Below are positions 14,560 to 27,767 of a stretch of DNA of 64,000 nt, piece after piece (position 1 is the first letter of the stretch; every line of letters begins with the position of its first letter). A model generated the notes under the pieces. The model saw nothing but the letters and a program-made list of their open reading frames with translations. It was not told where the DNA came from and searched no databases. The stretch comes from Felis catus. Its lineage: Eukaryota. The translations under genes and the position numbers were made by a program. The stretch lies in contig NC_058368.1 in the NCBI RefSeq assembly GCF_018350175.1, positions 73,038,001-73,102,000 on the forward strand, read 5' to 3'.

Positions 14560-15416
14560 CTGTGGGGAGACACATGACACTGGATGTTGGAATAGGGCCT
14601 CACCTGTGTCATCAACCTGTCAGTGCTCAGATAACCAAGTGAGCGAGAGGGAGAGGGTGCCCTCTCCCTGTCCCCCAATCCCTAAGCAGAATTTAGGAAG
14701 AGAACCATCCTAGAATGCTCGTCCACATCTCTTAAACTGCTTGGTGAGAGTAAAGATACAAAAAGGATCTTTTCAGAGTTAGAATGTGGTAGCATTTCCC
14801 TCTTCTTCCCCATGAAACACCTGAAATGGGACCTAGAAATGGTCATTGTGGGCTGGGAGAATGGCTCACCATCTCCTATGAAGGCAGACCCAGGGTGACC
14901 CAAGCTCCCAGACTCATTGGGGAAGGGAGGCATGGGTGCTACCTCCAGACCAGATATGAGCCAGGCAGGAGAGCAAGCAGGCCTTGGTCCCATCCACATA
15001 GGCCTCCTGATTGAAGTTTGCCCAAAGTTGGGGAAGAAATCACCTCCAGGCAGAAAGAAGAGTGTGTTCCGTGTCAGTGGAACAGAGGGAGAGGAAGCCT
15101 ACGAACGTACCATCAGGGAAGAAGATGAGCTTTAATATAGGCCAAGATGACAGAGAGCAAAGCAAAGAGCCAGGCCACACCTGCCTTACCTACCCCCTCA
15201 CCTACACCTCACCCTGTCAGGAAGTTCAGTGGCAGCTGCCAAAGGGGGCTGCTGAGCAATAAGGACAGCCACCACTTTCCTGGGACCGAGGCATCCAACC
15301 TGAACCACACCTGCCCTGAGCGAAGTCCGGGACTGAGTTACTGTACTTGTTTTGAAGTATGTTGCACATATGCTTTCTGAAATAAGTCTGTTTTCAATGC
15401 AACCAGAATTTTGTCA
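14560..15416. mobile_element. Probable ancient ERV-type solo LTR
   Basis: GC-richer block of about 850 bp with TG...CA-like ends and aaataagt near the end; family not recognised. Confidence 0.3.
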
Positions 15417-15569
15417 CCTAAGAGTGATCAAACATCACGGCATCCAGTACCATCTGGATCTCCACCCAGAGGAGGAGGAGATCACCCCCACTAAATTTGG
15501 AAAGGGATGAGTAGGCAAAGTAGAGATGAGTTTTAATCGTGAGTTTTTACATGTGGCGGATGTTCATAT

Positions 15570-15766
15570 TACATTCTCTCCCAGGGAGCCACGATGCATG
15601 TTAACATATTACAAGCCCTAAGAAGTCCTACCACAAAGAAGTGTGTTTACTTTGTTGATCTTAGTATCTTCCAAATTCATTTATCCAAGGAATATGTTTG
15701 TTCAGAGAACTCTGATTAATGTCCTCATAATCTAATATGTCACTGAACAGATTTTGAGAAACATTG
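15570..15766. mobile_element. Charlie4-like hAT fossil
   Basis: aagccctaagaagtcctacc...tttgagaaacattg terminus. Confidence 0.5.
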
Positions 15767-17179
15767 TTTGGGACATGTAGTGTGTTACTACATCTCTATC
15801 TCCAAAATGTATTTTGGAATATTTAATTATTTAATGGTTCATTCTGAAGGATGAGCTATACAATGCTATACATTGTAAGCTAAACATCCTAAGTAAGAGA
15901 ATGTTCAAGATAACTAGAACTTACTCCTATACATGTTAATATTTTTAAATGCCAACCATTAAAAAATAAAACCTCTGAAAATAGTTCAGGGCTTTCATAT
16001 ACTTGGGGTAGTCATTATAAATATGAACGTTGTATACAGTCATTATTTGTTGGTGTAGTATCTATGCCCCATGACTGTGGAGGTAAAATAAAGGTAAAAG
16101 GCTCCCTCAGGCTGCTGACTTTTGAAGACTTGAGTATCTATCATAAATTTTCTTTTGCCTCCTCTCTTGCAATCAATCGGTCAGCTGTTACTTGCAGTCA
16201 GTAGGTTCTGAATGGGACTGTTGGCATTTATGGCCCTCTAAGAGCCTGGCCTTTGTGAAAGCTTTGTTGGTTACCCAAGAACCTTTTCTGTTGGCTTGTT
16301 GGTTTTTGCTTTTACTCACTTCAAGATTCAATCTTTTTAAAATGTTGGGATATAGAATCTCATGATGAAACTCTTTCTTTAGCCCTCAGGCTACTGCATA
16401 CAATACACAGTTCGTGCACTGTGTAAAGGACTGAGGCCAGGAAGTGAGTGAGACGAATATCTACCAGGGGGCCAGCCATGGAGTCCTGAGCTTGTGGGAC
16501 TTCTTTTTTCTGGATTGAGCCCTGCACTCACAGGACTGCACTCGCAAAGGGGTATTTTGTCCAATTCACCCAGAGGCAGTCCACAGACTGGAGGCAGGCA
16601 CACAGAGTGGATTGGGGAAAAATCCCCAGAAGTGCTGGGGTTTCAGTCCATATTAGCTGCCACTCCCTTTACATGAGTGTTTTTAGACCTGTCTTCCAAA
16701 TTCCCCCAAATGAGGTTGCCAAAATTTCCTTCTGCCAAACCTCATTTAATCCTCAAACAATATCCCCTTTATTGGCAGAAGTACACCATTATCTAAGTCC
16801 TGCTGATAAACTACAGCTGAAATATACCCATCCACAAAACTCATTTTCCTTGTTCTTCTGTACCAGCCTACGCAGGTTATGACCAACAAATGGATAAAAT
16901 TAAGTCAACATAATGCCAGACCGGCCCAGTCACAACTTCATACTGATCCAGACACCTAAATATCTACGAGGCTAATCTAATCTGCCTGGACCATGTTAAA
17001 AAAGAAGGGAGCTGGCATTATGCACAGTTGCAACCAAATAGAAAAGATGAAGCACTTGCCAAATGCAGGTCGCATTGAGGCACTGAAGCAGGACAGATCC
17101 TAAGGGTTGACATGCACTTCTATGGAGGATCCACCGAGGTGAGGTCTAGCTCTGCTATAGTAGGAAATTCTCTGGTTTC

Positions 17180-17350
17180 AGAAGGAAAAGAAACCAGTGA
17201 TTAGGTTCTCATTCTGCCACTCAACTACTGTATAACTTTCCTGAGTTTTAGTTCCCTCCTCAATAAATTGGGGATGATAGTGATACCTGTTTCCTAAGGT
17301 GAAGATTACTTGAAATACCAGAGGTGAAAGCTTTGTAAACTGTATAATAA
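17180..17350 (+). mobile_element. MIR fragment
   Basis: ttctgccactcaactactg...ctgagttttagttccctcctcaataaattgggatgatag core. Confidence 0.6.
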
Positions 17351-17404
17351 GTACAGTAAGACTCTTAAGCCTGGAACCTTGGTAATTAGAAGTAACCTGG
17401 ACCA

Positions 17405-17627
17405 GGGGTGCCTAGGTGGCTCAGTCAGTTAAGTATCTGACTTTGGCTCAGGTCATGATCTCACAGTTTGTGAGTTTGAGCTCTACTCGGGCTCTTGTGC
17501 TGAGAGCTCAGAGCCTGGAGCCTGCTTCAGATTCTGTGTCTCCCTCTCTCTCTGCCCCTCCCCGACTCATACTTGCTCACTCTCTCTTTCTCAAAAATAA
17601 ATAATCATTAAAATTTTTTCTGAAAAA
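17405..17627 (+). mobile_element. CAN-SINE with 17-bp TSD
   Basis: TSD agaagtaacctggac(c/t)a at 17388-17404 and 17628-17644. Confidence 0.97.
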
Positions 17628-18360
17628 AGAAGTAACCTGGACTAGAAGGGCTTCCATTCATTATGAGAGATCTCTATCCCCACAGGTAAATATGATGCAG
17701 ATTCTTTTCTCCCACCTCATGTTTTGACATAATGAAGGTCAGGCAAGGGTAGATGAAACACAGTAAGTGTTGATACCACCTGAGAGCAAGAAAGATTTCT
17801 ACCCCCAGCAATAGAGGCCAAGGGTGATCATGTTGGTGATGGTGAATTTCTCCATTAGTTGGAAAAATTATTATTATGTTAATGGCCCCCAAATAACCCA
17901 AAAACTTTCAAAAATATATTATGACTTTATAAAGCTAATCCAATTAATACTGTTGTTAGTTAATCTGATGGTGAGTGCCCATGGCACAAACCCAGAATCC
18001 AAGGTGAAAGGGTCTCGAAATTGCTCCAAATTCAGGAGAAAGGCAAAGTCATTTGGGGCGGGGGGGGGGGGGGGGGGTTCTGCCAGGGTTCTGAATCAGT
18101 TCTGAGGTAACTGGAACATGAGTCACAGGTAGTCTCAGGGACTGAACAAGGATCCTAAAACTCTTCAGCACTGGGTTTACAGGAGATTCCAGGGGAATGT
18201 GGGAACCCCAAATAACAAATCACTCCCCAAACTCCAAACCCCAGAAGCAGTTTTCTATCTTATTAAGATTCCTAAAAAGCAGTTATGGCCACAACTCTCC
18301 AGAAGATCTCTATCTGAGCCAAGAGAGACCCAACATCTTTTCAGAGCTGTTGATACCACT

Positions 18361-18578
18361 CAGGGCTTCTCAAGAGCAGCACTATTGATATCCGGGGCCA
18401 GATAATTCTCTCTGGTGGGGGGCTCTCCTGTGCACAGTAGGATGTTTAGCAGCATCCCTGGCTTCTAACTACTAGATGCCTGTAGCAGCATCCTCCAATT
18501 ATGAGAACTAAAAATGTCTCCAGACATTGCCATATGTCCCCAAAGGAGCATAATGACTCCAGTTGAGAACCATCAGTG
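18361..18578 (+). mobile_element. MER20 (hAT-Charlie), near full length
   Basis: cagggcttctcaa...gataattct...aggatgtttagcagcatccctggc...aaaaatgtctccagacattgcca...ttgagaacca. Confidence 0.85.
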
Positions 18579-19096
18579 TAGCTGAAGCCCTAGAGAAAAC
18601 ACAGTAAAGAGTCCATGCCACTGACCAACCTGCTGTATTTTGTAATTCATTGTTAATAGGCCATTTCAGGAAATGGCTGGGTGACACCTCTAAATCACTG
18701 ATCATCTGAGATAGTTCCATTTAAATTGACCAAAATAGCTCTAGCTTTGGAACAAGAGTTCAAATTCTAACCCCTTTTATTCTGGCCATTGTTCTCTGTG
18801 CTCTGTTTCCATCAATTAGAACAGAATCATTTTGTTCTTGTCAATCAGAAATACAGTGTAGGCCACCCAGAATTTCCCTCTTTCATTGCTGCCTTCCTGA
18901 AACAGCAAATGATTGTCCTATAATCTGCAACTCTTTTAGCCATTTATTCTGATTAAGTTTGAGCAAAATTTGAACTTGAAATGGACTGAATGAAAAACCA
19001 AGACCAAGAGCAAATACAAATGTTCAGCCATCTTGCATTAATAAATACAATGAGGAAAACTCTACTGAGCTATTTTCAGGCAATTAAATACATACA

Positions 19097-19097
19097 T

Positions 19098-19138
<41 letters not shown>

Positions 19139-19148
19139 CACACACACA
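19097..19148. repeat. (CA)n microsatellite
   Basis: Seen directly. Confidence 0.95.
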
Positions 19149-21739
19149 ACAGAGACAAAAGAAATAAAGCAGAGTCAACAAAGAATCAATCCTTTTAAGG
19201 AAGTAAATTAGAATTATAAAACAGAAAGGAAAACAGACTACTGTGTACAGTCAGTTGTCTCACTAACCCACAGGTAAGGACATCATCAGAAAGATGCTCT
19301 GATGGGAGCTGATTTACCGTTGCCTGTAAATGAGGCAAGAATACAAAGTAATGTAATTTCCTAGATAAGTTGTAAGCAACTATCTCATCAAGGAATTCTG
19401 TTCCTGGAGGGCAATTAGATGAAGAAATACAGCCTTTTCTCTGTCTCAAAACTTCTACTGGGAGCCCAAAGGCTACCACCTGATACACCGTGTGTCTACT
19501 TAGCTTAAAACCAGATGACTGCAGAGAGAAAAAACACCACCCACCACCACCCAATCTCTAAAGGGCTTATCTTGTAACTCAGCATGTTCATCTGGGATGG
19601 TAACTCTTGGTCCATCAATGCATACCTCCTCTAAATTTTCCCACATCAGGACACCTTTACGAAGCATATTTGTTGTGCGACACATTCTGGCAGAGTAGGT
19701 AGGTTTTAGAAAAAAAAAATGGAATTTGACAATGAAAATACATTCATTGATTATAAAAGTATCCAAGACCAATTGTTCTGCCACCTGAGATGAAAACTCA
19801 GGTTGGGCATGGCATTCACTCAAACTCCAAGTTATTACTGAGTGGTATTTTGATTTGAGAACATCACAGGATGGTACAAGTTGATGGAAGAGAGGTAGAA
19901 ATGAAAAGACTGCGAACCTAGTCACACACATCCAAGGGGTCTTTAAAGAGTAACTGAAGTAGAAGCCAAAACAGAGGTGCAACTCATCACATTTTATTGT
20001 AATGGTATCCAAACTTCTCTTGGGAACCACTGTACTGGACGCTCTAAAGAGTTATCACATCTCCTGGAATTTCCCACGTCTTAAGCAGAACTTATGGCCT
20101 CCCCATGATCTGGTATAAATGACTATATAAATTACTAGCAATTGCTCATACTAGAGCATAAGAGAAGCTTAATAAATGGGTGGTACTGTTTGATTTAAAA
20201 TAAAGAGCTGACACTGATAATAGAATAATATTAGTTGTTATAGAATATAGTTTGACTTTAAGTTATGTTCATGCAGTATCAAGGTTTTAAATTAAATTTA
20301 GGTAGTCTGAAATAAAATAGAACACGAACTGAAAATTTCTTGGAAAGATAAATGGTATTTTTTCCCAGTGAAATAACATTTATTTGCCTTCATTTTTTAA
20401 ATGGAATTAATACATTTCTATCTAAATTTAATGGTTTGTTTTGAACTTGTTTTCTGGTATATAAAAAAAGAAAGACTGGCTTGCATACTAATTGGCATAA
20501 TAAAGACAGTAAGATTATTGTACAATTAAGCATTGGCTGGCTTAAAATTGACATTTTTTTTCAAGACAATAGCATCAGACTAAACGATGGTGGATATATG
20601 CAGTTTAATCACTACCAAAAAAAAAAAAAAATACCCATCAACAGATAGAAACTGAGTCTTCAGAATAAAACCATTTTTCTACAAGTAGATTCTTTCAATA
20701 GTTACTAGAAGTAGATTCTTTTAATAGTTTACTTACTGATGAGTGAGTAAACATTGCCGGTTTTTTTTCTTTTTTCCTTTTCTTAGGCATGTGCATTTCG
20801 AATCAATAGAGTCCCCAAGTACCTATCTTGGGCTGAATGAGTACTCTTTCCATCTGTACTTCCATTTCTCATAACTGCTTCCTCTAGGCCACAAGGAAAG
20901 GGAAGAGCTTGCTGCAAGAAATACAGGATTTTGCCAACACGACCAGTCTGCAGTGTTTCTAGAGGGACCCCTTTCAGTCTTCCCATTTCTTTTCTTCCTC
21001 CCTGTTCTTCAAGGGGAGTTAACTGATGTCTCCCCACTCCTGCTCCAATCCCTCAGCCAGTTATCCTTATAACTAAGAGCACAGACACAACTTCGGCCCA
21101 CGTACACACCAGGGGTGGTAATACATTACTTCTGTACCCTCCCCAGAGGTAGAGCCAGGAAGCAGGGAAGCCATGAACCCTGCTTGCTTTTCACACCCCA
21201 CCATCTATCTACCACCCCACCTCATACCCCACCCCTGTTTGCCCAGTGTGCTGCTTCCTTTAATGATGCTCTCAGCTCACTCCATATTACTCCTTTGTAC
21301 GATGGCACCCTTACCCTAAACACTGGTCTGCTTGCCTAGGATGCTAAAAGCTTGCCTACTGCTTGCCAAACCCTTACTTTACTGGACACATCTCCAGCCA
21401 CCTTGTACCTTCCTTCAGTCTAGGGAGTGGGAGAATATGGAAGGAATATGGCAGCATATGGCAGTAGATTAATGACTCCAGCAAGCCCTGAGCCTGAGCC
21501 CCTAGAGTGACGGCTGTCTCAATGAATTATTTATTCCACCTATTTTATGCTGTGGATAATGTCAGAGGGACTACACATGAACTTGTGAGAGATGTGCTCT
21601 TGGTTTCATTAACTGAATAGAGAATATGAAAGATAACAGAAAATTTCAGGATCCATTAAGTAGGTTCAGGACAAATCCCGGTGAAGTAAAACTAATAAGG
21701 AAATTAAATATAGAATGTTAGCACTGAGAGTTCATCTAC

Positions 21740-21897
21740 TGTGATCAATGGATGGGCTTCAGGGGCTCTCTGTGAACCCTGCAACTGTATTCAGGTATAA
21801 TTTTACCTGTAGATGCACTTTTTATGGAGATAATTTTAATATTTAAAATTTTAGTATTCTCAGAAGACAACATGATCTGAAAAAGTTGGAAGTCATT
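21740..21897. mobile_element. MER103C-like hAT fossil
   Basis: atggatgggcttcagggg...gtgaaccc...attctcagaag...aaaaagttggaagtcatt. Confidence 0.6.
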
Positions 21898-21959
21898 CTC
21901 TTCATTCATCTATCTTCTCATTTTATAAATGTTGCCTCCAATGCACAAAGAGATTGTCC

Positions 21960-22520
21960 CAAAATGAAAATATAATTATCCCACTCCCTATTGAAAAGAT
22001 TTCAGTAGGTCCCTACCCTCTCCAGATAAAATCCAAAGCATGACACACTTGGCCTGTGTGGGGATCTGGCCTCAGACACCCCTCCACATTCACACCAACC
22101 ATTCACCAACATGCCTGCCTTTTGCAGACAGACTGAATATTCACAGTTCAACCTCTTTGTGAGCAGCTGCCCCCTTTTCCTACATGACTTCAACGGGTCC
22201 CTGTAGGCTCACCAAGCATCCTTTCCCTTGTAAAACCTTCCTATGGCCTCGAAGCTCCAGTGTCCATTAGGTAACTGTCTCCTTGTTTTCAGCCTGTGAA
22301 TACCTCTCTCATAGCACGTATCTTATCCCACTATTAACATGTATTTTCTTAACTCTGGATTTATCACTCCTGTGGAAGCCCTCATCCCCACCCAGCTCTT
22401 TGAAGGTAGAAGTTTTGTGCTTTCACGTTCCCCAGACCTAACACAGCTCCTGGAACCTTCTAGGTTCTTCACAAATTTTTATTAAACAAATAAACAAACA
22501 AATGAATAAAAATTGAATGA
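21960..22520 (+). mobile_element. L2 3' fragment
   Basis: gataaaatccaaa...ctctttgaaggtagaag...cccagacctaacacag...aatgaataaa. Confidence 0.65.
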
Positions 22521-22903
22521 TAAGATATTAAAGATAGAGCACTGAATATTTTATACAGTCCAAATATTGTATCTTACAAATAAACTAGTTCACCCAAGAT
22601 GCAATGTAGCTAGACAGAGCCAGAACAAGGAACCTGCTTCTGAGTCCAGTGATATTCCTCTTTGGTGTCCTGGTGCTTTATGCCTTTATTCTGAAGAAAA
22701 CATCAGGAGCATTTTTTCTGCATCTTTTAAAAACATAAAATATAACTGCTGCCTCTGCAGACCTCACCAGACATTGACAGCTCTTTCTCACCTTCTCACC
22801 TTCTCTACAAGGCTTACTCCCTGCCTGACCCCTTTTCATGGGATCTGTAATTTGAAAATTGGTTAAGAGTGAGCACATCAGTAGAAAAGCCCTTGATCTT
22901 CAG

Positions 22904-23293
22904 TGGAGAGAGAAAGAGAGGGAAAAGGAGGAGGAGGAGGAAAGGAAGGGGAAGCAGAGGAAGGAGAAGCAGAGGAAGAAGACAGAAGAAGAAGAAGAAG
23001 AAGAAGAAGAAGAAGAAGAAGAAGAAGAAGAAAGGAAGGAAGGAAAAAGGAAGAAGGAGGAGGAGGAGGAGGGGAGGGGGGAGAGGAAGAAGAAGAGGCA
23101 GAGGAAGAAGCAGCAGAGGAGGAGGAAGAAGAAGAAGCAGAGGAGGAGGAGGAGAAGTAGTTGGGGGAGCAGGAGAAGGGGAAGGAAAGGGGAGGGAGGA
23201 AAGGGAGGAAGAAGAAGGAGGAGGAGGAGGAGGAGAGAAGAAAAAGGGAAGAGGAGAGGAAACAAAAGAAGAAAGGAAAGAAGAGGAGAGAAT
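22904..23293. repeat. Polypurine low-complexity tract of about 390 bp (GAA/GGA), including (GAA)16
   Basis: Seen directly; (GAA)16 at 22985-23032. Confidence 0.97.
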
Positions 23294-25525
23294 AATTTTA
23301 GGCAAATTTTCTTAAGATACCAGTTGAAGCCTAATTACCTTTTATATGGAAATTTATAGGCAAATCTTCAGTTATTTATATCTCAAGTCAAAAACAAATC
23401 TCAAGTTATCTCAAGTACAAAGTAAGTTGGGTCACCATTGATCATGGTAATCCAACCATACTTTCTGAAGAACAGTGTTTCAGTATCAAATGAAGATTGA
23501 GCAAGTGTAGAGCAAAGCGATACCCTACAGACACCGTGATGGCCATATGCCAGTGTGCTGGGCTGTCCTGGGCTACTCTGCACTGAGCTTTAATGGCAGT
23601 TCCAAGGGGAGTATCACCAATCCTGCTATGTTTTCATTCCCTCTGCAAACCTTCAGTTGCTTCTCTTCTCCAATTCACTACAACATACAAATCGGACAAG
23701 TAAAGATCGAAATGCATCTTCTCTCTCTGTCATGTTAGTCTGACTATGGTTCATTGCACTACAAGATGCCAAGAAGTAGAATGGACACCAGCATCGAGAG
23801 GAATATAACTGGCCAGATTTGAAGACATTCCATGAGTGCACTGAATCTTAGTCAGAATTTAGAGTGTCCCCAAGGCAGCCTGTCCTTTCTCAACCCCCGT
23901 GTGGTTTGATGCACAGATCCCTCTGCCTCCAGTGCTCTTCGCTGCCCCATGTCCCTTCTCTGAATAACACTGATTTGACCTCATGTCTCCACAGAGAAGT
24001 TACTTCCCCAGGAAGGCTCTTCTAACTCCTCAGGAGAGCTAGAGACCCCCACCCCCACCCCAAGCTGGGTGCTTCCATAATGCCGCCTATAGCACTTGCC
24101 CCTTCCCAAGCTTCCCTCCCAATACATTGTCAGCTACTCAGGAGCAGAGACTATGTTCACAGGAGACTTTCAGAAACATCTGAAAAGTAGATCATTTAAA
24201 CTGTTTGACCAATAAAATTCACACAATTTTATTCTGGATGAGTATCTAGGTAAATGGCATCCCCTCTCAGGAAAAGGGCAGAGATATCCTAGTAATATCA
24301 GTCAGGACTATCTTACAAGTGGACACAACTAAGCACCAAAATCAAAGCAAACATTCTTCAAGAGGCCAATTAGAAGATTTTGAGAAGTATTTAAGGAGCT
24401 TTACCTTTAGCTTCTTTGCTGGTTTAACAAGTTTTAATTCAGCTGACTGCAGGTTGTAGAGAAAAATACTTGAGATATTTAAACTCATAGCAGTGCTCCC
24501 AGTTATAAAGAAATAGGAAAAAAAATGAAAGTAAATGAAAACCGATATGAATGTAGCATCTTTAAAGAATAATAAATTAGCTGGGAACAGCGTCCAAATA
24601 GCAGTTCCCAAGATGTCACTATGTAATTATAGCTCATCAGCGTATGTCTTGCATATTCCAAAATAACCCGTTACACTACCCTCTTTTCTCCCCAATTGGG
24701 GAAGGGAAGGTGACAGCAGGCCTCAAAAATAATAACTAAATGGTTTCTTACTAACAAGGGAGGCTATCAACTTTGAATGTCCAATATTTTCTATAAATAC
24801 ATCACACGCAAAGAAATCTGAAAGCATATTCCTAGAATTCAAATTACCCTTCGATGATTTTCAAGGATTTTCATAATGATTTAGAGACAAAATGATTTTT
24901 CCTGTTGAATTTCAAATAAAGGAAGAGGTTATTACCCTAAAAATAGAGGGTAACTAACAGGAGTTGGGGATACGGAGGAGTCTTTCTGCCTGTCACCTCT
25001 TTGATGTGATTATCCAAAGTGATTCTCAGATTATCCAAAATGAATGGCTTCATTAGCAAGCAATACCAGGAACCATAGAGAGTTGATGTCCACTTCAGTT
25101 CCCTGGTGTTTGACAGCCTGATTATCCCTAGAAGCAGTGGGCTCATGAGTTCACTCAGTGGCAGCTGTGGTGGAGTCCTTGGTAAATTCCAGTGGACAAA
25201 CAGAGCAAAATGTTATAAAGCAGATGCTGATCTTCAGTATCAGATAGTTGGGAAACACTGCTCATCATGGATAGTACAAGGAATATTGCACTGTTTTTAG
25301 TATTTAAATGCTTAGGAAAAAACATTTTAAGGTTTTTACATTTAAAAAGTGAAAATTGTAAATGCTTAGGATGAAATATTTATGTTGCACATGCTAAAAC
25401 TTTTCAGAAGTAATCATTTACCAGCTAAAATGGAAACAAAAATCCAAAATCATTATTTTCTATTTATTATTGCTTGGATCTCTCTCTCTCAAATGATGAA
25501 ACTCAAAAAAAAAATCTTACTTTGT

Positions 25526-25955
25526 TCCAAAGACACCCAGATGGCCTAACAGACACATGAAAAAATGCTAAACATCATTCAACATCAGGGAAATACAAAT
25601 CAAAACCATGATGAGGTACCACCTTACACGTGTCAAAATGGCTAAAATTAACAACTCAGGCAACAACAGATGTTGGTGAGGATGCGGAGAAAGAGGATCT
25701 CTTTCGCACTGCTGGTGGGAATGCAAGCTGATGCAGCCACTCTGGAAAACAGCATGGAGGTTCCTCAAAAAATTAAAAATAGAATTACCCGATGACCCAG
25801 CAATTGCACTACTAGGTATTTATCCAAAGGATACAGGTGTGCTGTTTCAAAGGGATACATGAACCCCAATGTTTATGGCAGCCCTACTGACAATAGCCAA
25901 AGTGTATGGAAAGAGCCCAAATGCCCATCTACTAATGAATGGATAAAGAAGATGT

Positions 25956-26042
<87 letters not shown>

Positions 26043-26470
26043 GAGTATTACTCAGCGATCAAAAAGAATGAAATCTTGCCATTTGCAACAACATGGATAG
26101 AACTGGAGGGTATTATGCTAAGCAAAACTAGTCAGAGAAAGACAAATATCATATGACTTCACTCATATGTGGAATTTAACATACAAAACAGATGAACATA
26201 AAGGCAGGGAGGCAAAAATAATATAAAAACAGACAGGGAGACAAACGAGAAGAGACTCTTAAATACAGAGAACAAACTGGGGGTTGCTGGAGGGGTTTGG
26301 GGTGGGGGATGGGCTAAAAGGGTGAGGGGCACTAAGAAGGGCACTTGTTGGAATGATCTCTGGGTGTTATATGTAAGTGGTGAATCATTAAATTCTATTC
26401 CCGAAATCATTATTACACTATATGTTAACTAATTTGGATGTAAATGCAAAAAAGTTAATAAATTTAAAAA
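25526..26470 (+). mobile_element. 5'-truncated carnivore/felid L1: ORF2 C-terminal remnant plus 3' UTR
   Basis: Translates to [26 protein letters not shown]...[52 protein letters not shown] (ORF2 CCHC region with stops); internal (TA)n(CA)n expansion. Confidence 0.97.
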
Positions 26471-26592
26471 GAAAGAAAGTGAAAGAGAGAGGGAAGGGAG
26501 GGAAGGAGGGAGGGAGGGAGGGAGGGAGGGAGGGAGGGAGGGAGGGAGGAAGGAAGGAAGGAAGGAAGGAAGGAAGGAAGGAAGGAAGGAAA
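26471..26592. repeat. (GGGA)n(GGAA)n tract at the L1 tail
   Basis: Seen directly. Confidence 0.95.
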
Positions 26593-26665
26593 AGGTAGTT
26601 CTATGATACTGGGGCGAGATGTAAACTGGAGCCATCCCAAGCAGACCAAGACAAATGGTCACCCT
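26593..26665. mobile_element. Half of a MER94-like (hAT-Blackjack) fossil, probably transduced by the L1
   Basis: gtaaactggagccatcccaagcagaccaagacaaatggtcaccct resembles one MER94 terminus; the other half is absent locally. Confidence 0.55.
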
Positions 26666-27767
26666 TTCTACAAGGGATTAAAAATAAAAATAAAATTTAA
26701 AAAAGTCTTACTTTGTATCCCATGTTCCTTCTGTCCCTGTAAGGAGCTATATAAAAGGAAATGGTGCCATGATCCCTATCTCTGAGAACCTTCCAGTCTT
26801 ATTGTTTCTGCATGGGCAATTGTTTTAGATAGTCTTCCTGAAACTCCCAACAGGAGTGATTACTTGCAATGGATTTTTTATGCAAATGTAGCACTAAGAA
26901 AGCTTCATGTGCTCTTTTATTAAAGCATGTAATAATGACCCAATATAGCCAAGTATAGCTAAAAATTTAGCATCTACCATACGTTAGGCACTGGGTACTC
27001 AGAAATAACACATTTTCATTGGTATTGGGACTTTTTAAAAACCCTTGATGGCTCATTTTTCCCTATATTGTATTGATGTTTTCATTCCATACAATCTTAG
27101 GAATCAGTGATTTATTTTTTAACAGGAGATTTGATAGATACTCCTGTGAGATTGGGTGGGGTAGAGTTATCTTCATTTTAAAGATGGAGAGATGGAGCAT
27201 GAGCAGTGAGGGATTACATGGTATTATGATTTGATGTGCATAACTAAGATTCAGTCCCAAGTGCTTCTGTAATACCATATTCTCTTCCTCACTCTTCAAA
27301 AATCATGAGGTACTCACAATAGCAATAATATTCTTGTGCATGAAGATTAGAGAGAGATTATAAGATTAATGAATGTCAATATTCTCATTTTATGCCAATT
27401 TTTATTCAAACATACAACTAACAGCTTTTTTTTACCTTATCAGTATTGATAGTTTAAACTCAGTGTATTTTCATGGACTCTGAAATGATATTCTATTTTT
27501 AGACAACAAATATTAGTAGAGATAAAAATATTCCTAGTACAGTGCTTCAGAACATAATATTGCCTTGAATTCATGAACTATCACTAAAACTCCGAGTTTT
27601 TTAAAAAGTAGCCTAGAGGGCAAATCACAATTAACACTCCCACAGAGTGAAATAATTTACTCCCTAGTATATGTCTCTGTTTAAAGTCATAGCAGAATGT
27701 TCAAACTAAAAGACTGGAAGAGAAAAGTTTACTGTCATTTAAGAGCTGAACCAATAGGAAGCTTTAG

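Noticed and set aside
17416..17604. Recurrent similar ORFs (AQSLEPASDSVSPSLSAPP) as a gene family
   Set aside because: All are translations of SINE copies.
19500..20030. Longest ORF (176 aa) as a single-exon gene
   Set aside because: Non-ATG start, runs through a T homopolymer, no recognisable domain; only a sub-segment is kept as an exon hypothesis.
22814..23359. Long overlapping ORFs rich in E/K/R/G or F/S/L/P
   Set aside because: Artefacts of the stop-free polypurine tract.
25568..26071. L1 ORF2 as a functional CDS
   Set aside because: 5'-truncated with in-frame stops; counted as mobile element.
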